Below are positions 42,910 through 52,233 of a DNA stretch of 64,000 bases, one piece after another. Below the pieces are notes generated by a model. The model saw only the letters and a program-made list of their open reading frames with translations, was not told the origin of the DNA and made no database searches. The DNA lies in sequence record PQ471516.1, one strand, 5' to 3'. Position 1 is the stretch's first letter. Each line of letters opens with the position of its first letter. A program made the translations under genes and the position numbers.

Positions 42910-43887
42910 ATGGCTCATCACGGTGTCTTTATGTACCCTTATAACCAGGAAGTCTCGTTGGGCAATTTTAATATGCCATATAGCAACGAGAAGCTTACTA
43001 TATATCGAGGTGCAAATAATACTTTATCTTTTACAGTACATAATGCTGATGGAAAATATACTCTTTTAAAAGATAATGAATATCTTACTTTTATGATATT
43101 CGATGCACGTAATAATACTAAACTAATTGATATAGTACTTGAAAAAGTTAAACCAAGTTGGCTATCAGAAAGTGGTCAAGCACGTCAAACACTTGGTAAT
43201 AGTAAGAAAGTTTACTATGGATGTATAGTTCCAGCAGGTGTTATCCAAGATACAAGTCCTGGTTCTAAGTATCGCTGGAGTATTACAAAAGTTACAATGG
43301 ATGGTTCTCTGATTGAACCTACGCAGTACTTGTATACTGGTCACAACTATGAAGCATGTGGTGATTTGATTATATCTGATCAAGCTGCTCCAGTATTTGT
43401 ACCAAGTGTTGAAGTGTCAAGAGATAAGAATCCAGCATGGACTTCTATTATGCGTTTGTATCATGAACCGATTGCATCAGGTATGATTGGTGAATTTGAT
43501 ATTCTTGCTTCGTCCCCTCTCCCTGCACAGATGCAGTACGGATTGGTAGATGGCTTAAGTACTCTCGCTATGTATTTTGATAACTTCATTGGACGTATCC
43601 AATTACAAGGGTGTTTATGTAACAACGTACCTACTGATAATGAAAACTATAAATGGTTTATCATTAAATTGGATGGTAAAGATTATATAGAAAATGGTAT
43701 TGATGCTAATGGTTTTGCTAAACCACTAGACGACATACAAGCTTTTAACTTTAAAGGTAACTATATGTGGTTGCGTTTGGTTGTATGTATACATCCAAAG
43801 GTTGAACCTATCCCTTATGACTATGCAGCAGTTAGAAAGATCTACGATCCTCTCTTAACTGTTCCAAAAATTTTGATTCGCAGATGA
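42910..43887 (+). CDS. Probable virion structural protein
   Basis: Late-type cataaata/tataaat at 42860-42878; beta-rich; BppU-like IYRG.NN.L.F.V.N start. Confidence 0.55.
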   Translation: MAHHGVFMYPYNQEVSLGNFNMPYSNEKLTIYRGANNTLSFTVHNADGKYTLLKDNEYLTFMIFDARNNTKLIDIVLEKVKPSWLSESGQARQTLGNSKKVYYGCIVPAGVIQDTSPGSKYRWSITKVTMDGSLIEPTQYLYTGHNYEACGDLIISDQAAPVFVPSVEVSRDKNPAWTSIMRLYHEPIASGMIGEFDILASSPLPAQMQYGLVDGLSTLAMYFDNFIGRIQLQGCLCNNVPTDNENYKWFIIKLDGKDYIENGIDANGFAKPLDDIQAFNFKGNYMWLRLVVCIHPKVEPIPYDYAAVRKIYDPLLTVPKILIRR

Positions 43888-43913
43888 GACAACACTGATG
43901 TTCGTGATATAAT
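43885..43913 (+). promoter_or_regulatory. Promoter TGAGACA-N16-TATAAT
   Basis: Class member upstream of primase. Confidence 0.7.
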
Positions 43914-43918
43914 CGTTT

Positions 43919-44992
43919 GTGAATAAGAATGAGGAATATATCATGAACGCAGTACAAAACATAATGGCACAAATCATGAATGACCCAGTGCCAGGTATTG
44001 GTATGTGGACACATCACAATTGTCCAGTGTGTGTGTTCCGTGGTCATTCCCGTCCCGACACAAAGGGTCGTGGTAATCATATGTTCAACGCTGATGGTTC
44101 AGTGTCGTACAACTGCTTCAACTGTAGTTTAAAAACTGGATGGCAACCAGGAAAATATATGAGCAAAGATATGGAGTCTTTGCTCATTTCTTTTGGAGCA
44201 CAGGATAAAGAAATAGAATTAGCCAAATTCTATATTAAAGAAATGGTTGAAAGTGGTGAGTTTGGTGAAATCGAAACCACAGCAACTAAGTTGTACCAAA
44301 GGGTAACTGTACGTGAACTCCCCCCAACTGCTAAGAAATTGACAGAGTGGGTCACCGAAGATAATATCCCAAATGAGTTTTATAGTGTCCTAAACCATAT
44401 CAACGAACGCAATCCATATTTGTTAGATTTGGATTTGTATTGGTGTCCTTCAAAGGAACATAAGATGTATGATCGTTTTATCATCCCTTATGTTATGAAT
44501 GGTAAAATTGTCGGCTACACAGCTAGACATAAGTTGAAAGACCCAGGAGCTACATATCGTTTTATCAATCAGGTTAGTACTAATATTTTATATAACTATG
44601 ATTTATTACAAGATGACAGAATAAAGACAATTCTGGTTTGTGAAGGTCCATTAGATGCAGCATTAATGGGTGGAGTATCAGCAAACAACTTTAAGTTATC
44701 ATCAGTACAGATTGATGTACTCAAAGCTGCACAGGCTAAGGGTAAGAAGATAGTAGTAGTTCCAGACCGTGATAAGGATGGATTGGTAACAATCGAGCAA
44801 GCCCTTGAGAATGAGTTTTCAGTATCATTTCCAGATTTTGGAACAGTAAGGGAAGGTAGCAATATCCGTCATATTAAAGATTTCGAAGAAGCGTGTGCTC
44901 GTTTTGGTAGATTATTTTGTTTACAACTGATACATGAAAGTACAGTTGACGAACCTTTCTATATTAAAGCACAAACGGATAAGTGGATGTAA
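43919..44992 (+). CDS. 61: DNA primase gp61
   Basis: Zinc finger CPVC...YNCFNC, FIIPY..NG.IVGY.AR, TOPRIM VCEGPLDA and PDRDKDG. Confidence 0.9.
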   Translation: MNKNEEYIMNAVQNIMAQIMNDPVPGIGMWTHHNCPVCVFRGHSRPDTKGRGNHMFNADGSVSYNCFNCSLKTGWQPGKYMSKDMESLLISFGAQDKEIELAKFYIKEMVESGEFGEIETTATKLYQRVTVRELPPTAKKLTEWVTEDNIPNEFYSVLNHINERNPYLLDLDLYWCPSKEHKMYDRFIIPYVMNGKIVGYTARHKLKDPGATYRFINQVSTNILYNYDLLQDDRIKTILVCEGPLDAALMGGVSANNFKLSSVQIDVLKAAQAKGKKIVVVPDRDKDGLVTIEQALENEFSVSFPDFGTVREGSNIRHIKDFEEACARFGRLFCLQLIHESTVDEPFYIKAQTDKWM

Positions 44993-45013
44993 AATGTAAA
45001 TGAGGGAACATAA

Positions 45014-46531
45014 ATGAACCAAAACACAGTGGACGTGAAACAATATGGGATTAACGCACAACAGTACCTATTGTCGCAAGTTTTCAGCAATCCAGATTTG
45101 TATGTTCGTTGTAAGAACATTCTAAAGCCAGAATACTTTGATAATACATTCCGTGAAAGTATTAAGTTTGTTCACGATTATAGTACAAAGTATAGTGCAT
45201 CACCTACACTAAAAGATATTGAAGTGAAAGGTGGTTATCAGTATGATGTATATGAAGTAACTGAACTTCACAAACAATCAGTACTGGATACATGCAGTGA
45301 ATTTTGTCGTCACAAAGCACTTGCATTAGCAGTTGAAAAAGGTATGGAATTAGTACACCAGAAAAAATATGGTGGTATTGAAGAACTAATTCGTGAAGCA
45401 ATGTTGGTATCAGTACAGAACGAGTTAGGTCTGGATGTATTTGAAAATCCAGAAGATACCATTCGTTCATTGAGTACTATGCAAGGTTCCTTTAAGAGTG
45501 GTTGGGAAACTCTTGATTATAAATTATTTGGTGGTTTTGGTCGCCGTGAACTTGAAATTTTCGCTGCTGCTTCCGGTGGTGGTAAGTCAGTTGTTCTTCA
45601 AAACCTAGCAGTGAACTTTGCTAAATCTGGTTTGAATGGTGCATACATTTCACTAGAACTAGCAGAAGAGTTGGTTGCAGTACGTATCTATGGTATGATG
45701 ACTGAATCTAAACTAAGTAACGTAAAACAAGATGCAACTAACATTGGTTTGCAAGTACAGGTTGAAGGTAAAAACAGCGGTGTACTACGTATCAAGCGTT
45801 TACCTGAATCTGTTTCAACTACTGATGATATCGAAAGCTATCTTCGTGAACTACAAATTAAGCTTGAGATTAAGCTTGACTATGTTTGCGTGGACTACCT
45901 TGACTTGTTAACATCAAATCGTTTGGGTTCAAATGACCAATCGAATGCATTCGTAAAAGATAAGTTTGTATCTGAAGAACTGCGTGCACTTGCAACTAAA
46001 CTTGACCTAACAGTATTCACTGCATCACAGTTTAACCGTGGCGGTATTAGTGAAGATAAGAAAAGTCAAAGTCAGATTGCTGGTGGTATTTCTAAGATCT
46101 ATACCGCAGATAACGTAATTTACATTGAAGCACGTAAAGAACTAGGTGAGATGTGGTTTGACTTCCAGAAAACACGTAACAGTAGTGCAGTGGGTTCTCG
46201 TTTGCGTATGTCTTATGACATGGACTCACTACGAGTACTAGATCATGCAACTACCGTACAGCAAATGGAAATGGAAGGAAGTGGCTTTAAACACAGCGGT
46301 AACTGCCGTGTTGGTGGTGGGATGGTATCACCCCCTAATGCTATGCAAACATTGCGTCATCAGCTTTCTAATGCATCTAGTACTACATCAGAAACTATTC
46401 CTGCAACCACAACACTAAATAGTGTTAGTGAGCAAGTTTCCACCAATGAGCCGGAAACAGTGAAACCACAAGAACACGCAGGTAATGACCGTGTTAATGC
46501 TATGAAGCAATGGTTGAATCAAAGGAAATAA
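45014..46531 (+). CDS. 41: Replicative helicase gp41 (DnaB-like) with disordered C-terminal tail
   Basis: Walker A AASGGGKS, YISLEL, VCVDYLDL, TASQFNR, KTR. Confidence 0.92.
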   Translation: MNQNTVDVKQYGINAQQYLLSQVFSNPDLYVRCKNILKPEYFDNTFRESIKFVHDYSTKYSASPTLKDIEVKGGYQYDVYEVTELHKQSVLDTCSEFCRHKALALAVEKGMELVHQKKYGGIEELIREAMLVSVQNELGLDVFENPEDTIRSLSTMQGSFKSGWETLDYKLFGGFGRRELEIFAAASGGGKSVVLQNLAVNFAKSGLNGAYISLELAEELVAVRIYGMMTESKLSNVKQDATNIGLQVQVEGKNSGVLRIKRLPESVSTTDDIESYLRELQIKLEIKLDYVCVDYLDLLTSNRLGSNDQSNAFVKDKFVSEELRALATKLDLTVFTASQFNRGGISEDKKSQSQIAGGISKIYTADNVIYIEARKELGEMWFDFQKTRNSSAVGSRLRMSYDMDSLRVLDHATTVQQMEMEGSGFKHSGNCRVGGGMVSPPNAMQTLRHQLSNASSTTSETIPATTTLNSVSEQVSTNEPETVKPQEHAGNDRVNAMKQWLNQRK

Positions 46532-46806
46532 TGATGGCGAATGAATCCAGTAAAAATAATCTACTTGATAGTATAGTAAACTATACACCAGAGAAGAATA
46601 CATTACAGAGTTTTGGCAATCGTGCAGATCATGCCATTAACTCTGTCATTCATTTATTGGAAAGTATAGAAAATGAGTTCAACAATGCAGATGCCGAAGA
46701 TCTCAAGAAGCGTTTGTTTCTTAGTATTAAGAATCGTGATTACAAGAAGTTTCAAAAGGGTTTAGAAAACATTGCTCTTGATGAAAAACGTAATAAAGGT
46801 AATTGA
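46531..46806 (+). CDS. Small hypothetical (likely head) protein
   Basis: ANE-S near N terminus; start 46531 or 46534. Confidence 0.6.
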   Translation: MMANESSKNNLLDSIVNYTPEKNTLQSFGNRADHAINSVIHLLESIENEFNNADAEDLKKRLFLSIKNRDYKKFQKGLENIALDEKRNKGN

Positions 46807-46807
46807 T

Positions 46808-46972
46808 ATGAAAAAGAAAATTAAAGAGAACGCTTCTGCTGGAGCTACATCTGCTGGTGCTGTTGCATCAGTCAGTACTGGACTTAATTATCCATTACTT
46901 CGCAGAATGCCACCAACCAACTTCTTTGGATATAAAGAATACAAAGTCAAAAATCAGAAAGGTGATGAATGA
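46808..46972 (+). CDS. Small hypothetical (likely head) protein
   Basis: IKE-NASAGATSAGAVASV pattern after a protease-type site. Confidence 0.55.
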   Translation: MKKKIKENASAGATSAGAVASVSTGLNYPLLRRMPPTNFFGYKEYKVKNQKGDE

Positions 46973-47361
46973 AACCATACACGTTCTACACAATTAATAC
47001 AGTTGTAGATATTGGTGATGGTAGCACTCCAACAATCATTGATTCTAAGTTCACTGGAGCTATGAATCTATCAAGGTTGTTGGAGTGTGTTATGGAGTAT
47101 GATTATCCTATGATGGTAAGTGTAGTAAAGACTGAAGTGAATCTGTGTGATGAAAACAATTCTTCTTTCTATAACTTACCTTCTACATGGGGAAAATGTA
47201 TAGTCAGTACTTTTAAATTTGCTATCCCAATGGATGTAGAATTACGTATTAATGGAATACCATTAGTACTTCCAACTGTAGTTAATAATAATCGAATTAC
47301 AAAATTCGCAATTACAGGTAAAGAATCAAATATAAGCATCAGCAAACAGACCTTTTCTTAA
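46969..47361 (+). CDS. Hypothetical protein
   Basis: Coupled ORF. Confidence 0.6.
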   Translation: MKPYTFYTINTVVDIGDGSTPTIIDSKFTGAMNLSRLLECVMEYDYPMMVSVVKTEVNLCDENNSSFYNLPSTWGKCIVSTFKFAIPMDVELRINGIPLVLPTVVNNNRITKFAITGKESNISISKQTFS

Positions 47362-47417
47362 TTGTGATAAATATCATAAAGCAAGACAAAGGTCTTTTTA
47401 TTTTATTTGGAGAAAAC

Positions 47418-48353
47418 ATGAACATTGACCAAACAGCAAGCGAACTTCAGAAATTCGCTGATGCACATAATCTAAATATGGATGTTTCCGTAGTATTGGA
47501 TAACATGGATGCTGGTGACTTCATTACACTAAACGCAGCTATTGATAATTCAGATAATCGTGAAATCTTCCAATTGCTTCAGAAATACAAAGCACAAATG
47601 AGTGAAAGCTACAAGCTATTCAGTACTCGTAACATTTCTCGTCATATCAATGAAAGCAGCGAAACCGTAGCTAAAGTTGAAAACATGACAGCTAAAGAAT
47701 TAAATGAAGCATATGCTAAACAATATACTTATGCCGATACTACTAAACTTAGCCTACAAGAACTAAAAACTATTGTATATGAAGATATTACTCAAATGCA
47801 ATCTAATCAACTTGCTAAGATGAATGTATCCCAACAACAGCAACAAGTTAACCCACAAACCCAAGCTAAACTTAAACAAGCAGAACTTCAACGTAATGCT
47901 AATAATATGAAAGTAAGTGTTCCTGGGAATCAAAGCGGTACTGATGCTATTGAGCCAGTTGTTGGTGTAGACCCAGGCCAGAACCCACAGCAATCATTAG
48001 TTATTACTAAGAGTTCTTCTAAACCTAATGAACTAAACGTTTTCCCAATTGATGACGTAAATCCAGTAGATTCACAGAATCAAGGTACTATTCGTGAAGA
48101 TATTTCTCCACAAGAACAGAATAGTGAAATCATGGGTGATGAAGGTATGGAACCTGCTGGTGATCCAGATTGCCGTTCTCCACTTAGTGATGTACAGCCT
48201 GGTATGGGTGAGTTAATCCAATCTATTTCTCATATTGAAAAAGAAGATGATCTTTATGGTGATGATAGTGTAATGGGTAACAAGGCACAAAAAGAAAATG
48301 AAGACCTGGTAGATCAAATTATTGATTTCTGTAATCGTATGCGAGGCCGTTGA
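47418..48353 (+). CDS. Late Q/N/P-rich protein, probable internal head protein
   Basis: Late promoter gataaata 47366-47373, GGAG RBS, MSE-S and INE-S sites. Confidence 0.6.
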   Translation: MNIDQTASELQKFADAHNLNMDVSVVLDNMDAGDFITLNAAIDNSDNREIFQLLQKYKAQMSESYKLFSTRNISRHINESSETVAKVENMTAKELNEAYAKQYTYADTTKLSLQELKTIVYEDITQMQSNQLAKMNVSQQQQQVNPQTQAKLKQAELQRNANNMKVSVPGNQSGTDAIEPVVGVDPGQNPQQSLVITKSSSKPNELNVFPIDDVNPVDSQNQGTIREDISPQEQNSEIMGDEGMEPAGDPDCRSPLSDVQPGMGELIQSISHIEKEDDLYGDDSVMGNKAQKENEDLVDQIIDFCNRMRGR

Positions 48354-48571
48354 TGAGAACCGTTCAAAATGTACATGGTCACAACACTATGGTATCCAAT
48401 GAAGAGTACTCCGTATATTTGAAAATAAAAGCAAGTGGTTCCGTTCAGACCGAACGTCTTAATGAATACTATCAGGAAATGGCTGATAAAATGGTATCTC
48501 GTGGAGTTCTAAATAAAGAAGAGAAAGATGACGGTACTGAAGTGTATACAACAGTTAGGAGTACTAAATGA
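48350..48571 (+). CDS. Small hypothetical protein
   Basis: Coupled ORF. Confidence 0.6.
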   Translation: MMRTVQNVHGHNTMVSNEEYSVYLKIKASGSVQTERLNEYYQEMADKMVSRGVLNKEEKDDGTEVYTTVRSTK

Positions 48572-49242
48572 ATTACGAACATGATCCCAAAACAGTTAAT
48601 ATGATGGCTGACTTGTTGAGTGGTCTTAATGATATTGAAAGTGGTGAAGAAGTTACCATTAATGGTGTACCTCATCGTCCTGGTGGTGATGTTGGTGCAA
48701 TGCATGATATACTGTCTTCATTGAACGAAGCTGGTATGGCGTATGGAGAACCACTACCATCAGTACAACAACCAGTACAACAGATGACTAGTTACAATTC
48801 ACCATACCAAACCACCCCACAACAAGCACCAGTGGTACAACGACAAGTAAAACCAAAAACTAATTGGAGTTTAGTTGAAGAAGTAGTTACTGGAACTAAA
48901 TCCACAAAAGTATATAGTGTAAAATGTAATTACAGTTCACAGGTAATTATGAACAACATTATGATGTACGAAGCTGCATTAACATTAGTAAACTTACTAA
49001 ATGAAGGACGTATGTTGACTGATGCTAAAGTTCTTGGTATTATAAGTTCCGGCTTACAGTTCACTGCTGTCATGACTGAAGCGTTAAAAGCTGCACAGAA
49101 ACGACACAAGGTACTGAATGAATCTCGATATGATGACGCAAAAGAACTTGACATTATCATTGCTGAGAAGAAAGCAGAGGCATACAAACTCAAGGAACGA
49201 GTACTAAACTTTCTAAAGTCAGAAGGTTATATAAGTAAATAA
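48568..49242 (+). CDS. Hypothetical (likely virion) protein
   Basis: LNE-A/G/S sites; PQ-rich linker. Confidence 0.6.
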   Translation: MNYEHDPKTVNMMADLLSGLNDIESGEEVTINGVPHRPGGDVGAMHDILSSLNEAGMAYGEPLPSVQQPVQQMTSYNSPYQTTPQQAPVVQRQVKPKTNWSLVEEVVTGTKSTKVYSVKCNYSSQVIMNNIMMYEAALTLVNLLNEGRMLTDAKVLGIISSGLQFTAVMTEALKAAQKRHKVLNESRYDDAKELDIIIAEKKAEAYKLKERVLNFLKSEGYISK

Positions 49243-49271
49243 ATTTAGTGATATTTTATAAGGAAATACAA

Positions 49272-49904
49272 ATGTCTAAATACAAGAAACTAATGGAATC
49301 CGCTTCTCGTGCAGAAGCAATGAAATTCATTCAATTGAATGAATCCAACATCGAAAAAGCTGAAATCGTTCTTTCCGTTAAAGGTGAGATTGTTGACAAG
49401 CTACAACGTCAGTCCGAAGTAATCAACAACATGGGTGTTGACGTACTAGGCCCACTACTTGACCGTATCAAAGCGGAACAAGGTCTTGACGCAGCACAAA
49501 ATTTCAGTGATAATGTTCGTCACCTATTACAACACGCTGTACAAACTCTAATGGATGTTAAAGACAAAATCAGTACTGAAACTCTAAAACTAACTGGTGA
49601 CATTACTGATGCCCCAGCAGTTTCCGATATCGGTAGTGAAGATGTTGATATTGACATTGCAGCAGACACCCCAACTTTCGACATGGACGCTGATGCGGAT
49701 TTTGAAGAAGATATTATTTCTGAACCAATCCCAACTGAGCGTGAAATGAAAGAATCTTTTAAACCAACTAAAATTGGTGTAACAATGGAAAGTGTTAAGG
49801 GTACTGTAGGTACTAAATATTTCAGCAGCAAGAAAGAAATGACAAAATGGCTAACCGAAAACGAGAAGAAAGTTAAACGTGTTTTGGGATACACCAAAAA
49901 ATAA
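49272..49904 (+). CDS. Acidic probable prohead core/internal protein
   Basis: LME-S, LNE-S, MKE-S, TME-S; strong codon bias. Confidence 0.6.
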   Translation: MSKYKKLMESASRAEAMKFIQLNESNIEKAEIVLSVKGEIVDKLQRQSEVINNMGVDVLGPLLDRIKAEQGLDAAQNFSDNVRHLLQHAVQTLMDVKDKISTETLKLTGDITDAPAVSDIGSEDVDIDIAADTPTFDMDADADFEEDIISEPIPTEREMKESFKPTKIGVTMESVKGTVGTKYFSSKKEMTKWLTENEKKVKRVLGYTKK

Positions 49905-49916
49905 GGATATAATGGA

Positions 49917-50249
49917 ATGAGATTCAGTGATTTAACTGAAGAAGCTCCAGGAAAAGACATACGCAATATGATTACTACTATTGCGTTGTCTTTAGTATCT
50001 TCTGGTAGAGAAGAAGTTAACGTTCAGTCTTTAGTTTCTGAAATTAAAAAGAGAACCAACATTGACGTTCCTTACAACGTTTTGATGGATATCTTAAACT
50101 CTCTACCATTTGTTCAGGATGCCAATTCTGATGTTGTTACCTTCGCAGGTAATGACTCACAGACTTCTGGTGATATGGAACAAAATTCCGATGAACAAGT
50201 TGAAGACTGGGCTACTAAAGCTGCTGTGTCAGCTAACAAGCAAAAATAA
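49917..50249 (+). CDS. Hypothetical protein
   Basis: ORF track; promoter TGGGATA-N16-TATAAT at 49885-49913. Confidence 0.6.
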   Translation: MRFSDLTEEAPGKDIRNMITTIALSLVSSGREEVNVQSLVSEIKKRTNIDVPYNVLMDILNSLPFVQDANSDVVTFAGNDSQTSGDMEQNSDEQVEDWATKAAVSANKQK

Positions 50250-50292
50250 TTTAGACAAACGAAAATACGATGCTATAATTAGGAGTACATGG

Positions 50293-51012
50293 ATGTACAT
50301 ACCACCAATTGTTAGCAGATATACATATTTGGATTACAAGCGAATTGAAGGCGGCCCAGAAGGTCGCCTTTATTCAACTCCAACTGGGAATCTGCCGTCA
50401 GTAACAACAATCTTGAGTGCGACCTCCGATAACGAGGGTCTTAAAAAATGGCGAGAGTTTGTTGGAGAAGAGAAAGCTAATGAAATAACATTAGAAGCAT
50501 GTACTGTTGGAACATTCATGCATGAAAACTTAGAATTCCGTTTAGACGGTAAACCAGACCACCAAGGTGGAATGCCGATACGTGTGCTGGCTCGCCGAAT
50601 GGCAGATAAGATTCAGGAAGAAGCATGGCCTAAAATCAATGAAGTGTGGGGACAAGAAGTACCACTATTTTATGAAGGTTTGTGGGCTGGGACAACAGAC
50701 TTAGTGGGGGTACATGACGGTATACCAACTATCATGGACTATAAGAATTCCCGTAAAATGAAAACATGGGAACATATTGAAAATTATCGAATGCAGATTG
50801 CAGCTTATGCTCTTTCTCATAACCAAATGTTCGGAACTAATATCGAACGTGGTGTGATTTTCATCTGTGTAAGGAACGATCCTGCTAACCTTAAATATCA
50901 AGAGTTCGTTATTGAAGGACAAGACTTCAAAGACGCGGTTGATATGTGGATTGGTAGAGTTGAACAATATTATATTTTACGTGGAGAGATTGAATCAAAT
51001 GGAACAGCATAA
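50293..51012 (+). CDS. PD-(D/E)xK exonuclease
   Basis: LPSVTTILS, GT.MH..LE, E, GTTDLVG, IMDYKNS, Q..AY; promoter TTAGACA-N16-TATAAT 50251-50279 and AGGAG RBS. Confidence 0.85.
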   Translation: MYIPPIVSRYTYLDYKRIEGGPEGRLYSTPTGNLPSVTTILSATSDNEGLKKWREFVGEEKANEITLEACTVGTFMHENLEFRLDGKPDHQGGMPIRVLARRMADKIQEEAWPKINEVWGQEVPLFYEGLWAGTTDLVGVHDGIPTIMDYKNSRKMKTWEHIENYRMQIAAYALSHNQMFGTNIERGVIFICVRNDPANLKYQEFVIEGQDFKDAVDMWIGRVEQYYILRGEIESNGTA

Positions 51013-51556
51013 AGAAATGAAACAAGACCTATATACAATTCGTGCACTAGAAAGCAAAGGCTACAAACTTGATGACGTAGTGAACCTAACTGATGAGCAA
51101 ATCGATGGTTTACAACTATCTCAAAAACTAATCACTAATATCAAATCCTATAAACAACGTGGTGCAAAACCCGTTGAAGCAATTAAAGTTCAGATTGCTG
51201 ATGATATTAGCATTGATGAAGAATCCCGTAACGTTGCACCAGAAGTCATTGAAACTTACGTAGAAAATACACCAGAACATATCGAAGTTGCTAAAGAAGT
51301 AGAACGTGTAGCTGAAGAACTAGCACCTACTGTTGAAGAAGAAGACGTAGTTGTAGTTGAACACGTTGAAGCGGCGAAAGAAGATTTAGATATCATCACC
51401 GCAGCACTTCAAGAAAAAGAACTTAAAACTGTAGCAAACTACATCAAACATCTCAAATCTTCCGTACCAGAAGCAATTCTTGCATCTGTTGAGAGTTCTG
51501 TTGTATCTCGTCTAATCAACGAGCGTATTGCTGAAGTTAAAGAAAACGCTAAATAA
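50999..51556 (+). CDS. Acidic hypothetical protein with N-terminal HhH-like segment
   Basis: GGAG RBS; strong codon bias. Confidence 0.6.
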   Translation: MEQHKEMKQDLYTIRALESKGYKLDDVVNLTDEQIDGLQLSQKLITNIKSYKQRGAKPVEAIKVQIADDISIDEESRNVAPEVIETYVENTPEHIEVAKEVERVAEELAPTVEEEDVVVVEHVEAAKEDLDIITAALQEKELKTVANYIKHLKSSVPEAILASVESSVVSRLINERIAEVKENAK

Positions 51557-51584
51557 TCCTATAATACTATAGGAGTGAGTTATT

Positions 51585-52166
51585 ATGGCACAACAACAAG
51601 TCGCGTTACAGCAAGTACGCACAGGAAAGCAACGTGATTTACCAGATGCCTTAGAAAAAGGACAAATAGGATTCAGTACTGATGTAGGTCGTGTATTCAT
51701 TGGTTTACCGTCTACATCAGACCCAGCAAGTTTAGTTGCGGGGCGTACTTGGGTTACTAATCCAAATTCTGGTAAAGAAAACGTAGAAATTATTACAGAA
51801 TTTTCACCGTGGCAAACAGTATCAGGGATTGTAAACAGACCATTCGCAGTAGAATTACTTCAGGGTCAACAATCTATTGATGTATTCATTGATAGTCAGA
51901 GTCGTGTATTCTTAGACTACATTGCATATAATACCAATGGCACAGTGTTAGAATCAGGTACAGTACAAATGGTCGCAATTGGTACTAATACCTTGATTTC
52001 ACAATTTAACAACACGAGCCGAAGTGATGCAGTACTTTCAATACTATTTTCTAATCCAGTTTATAATACATCAACTGGAAGTATGCAATTTAGTATAGAG
52101 AATACTGATTACGTTAACTCCGGTTATAACATAGAATTTGTATATCGTGGGTGGGACAAACCTTAA
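51585..52166 (+). CDS. Structural protein with Mtd/hyaluronidase-like N-terminal motif
   Basis: QVRTG....LP..L..GQIGF.TD.GRVFIG. Confidence 0.6.
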   Translation: MAQQQVALQQVRTGKQRDLPDALEKGQIGFSTDVGRVFIGLPSTSDPASLVAGRTWVTNPNSGKENVEIITEFSPWQTVSGIVNRPFAVELLQGQQSIDVFIDSQSRVFLDYIAYNTNGTVLESGTVQMVAIGTNTLISQFNNTSRSDAVLSILFSNPVYNTSTGSMQFSIENTDYVNSGYNIEFVYRGWDKP

Positions 52167-52233
52167 AGGCGTCCCGCCTTTTTCTTCCACTAAATTTAAC
52201 GAAATTAAAAAAAACATAAGAAAAGGATGACAC

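Noticed and set aside
50293-51012. Cas4-like nuclease
   Set aside because: PD-(D/E)xK core is present but the four Fe-S cysteines are not, and there is no CRISPR context; an ordinary phage exonuclease.
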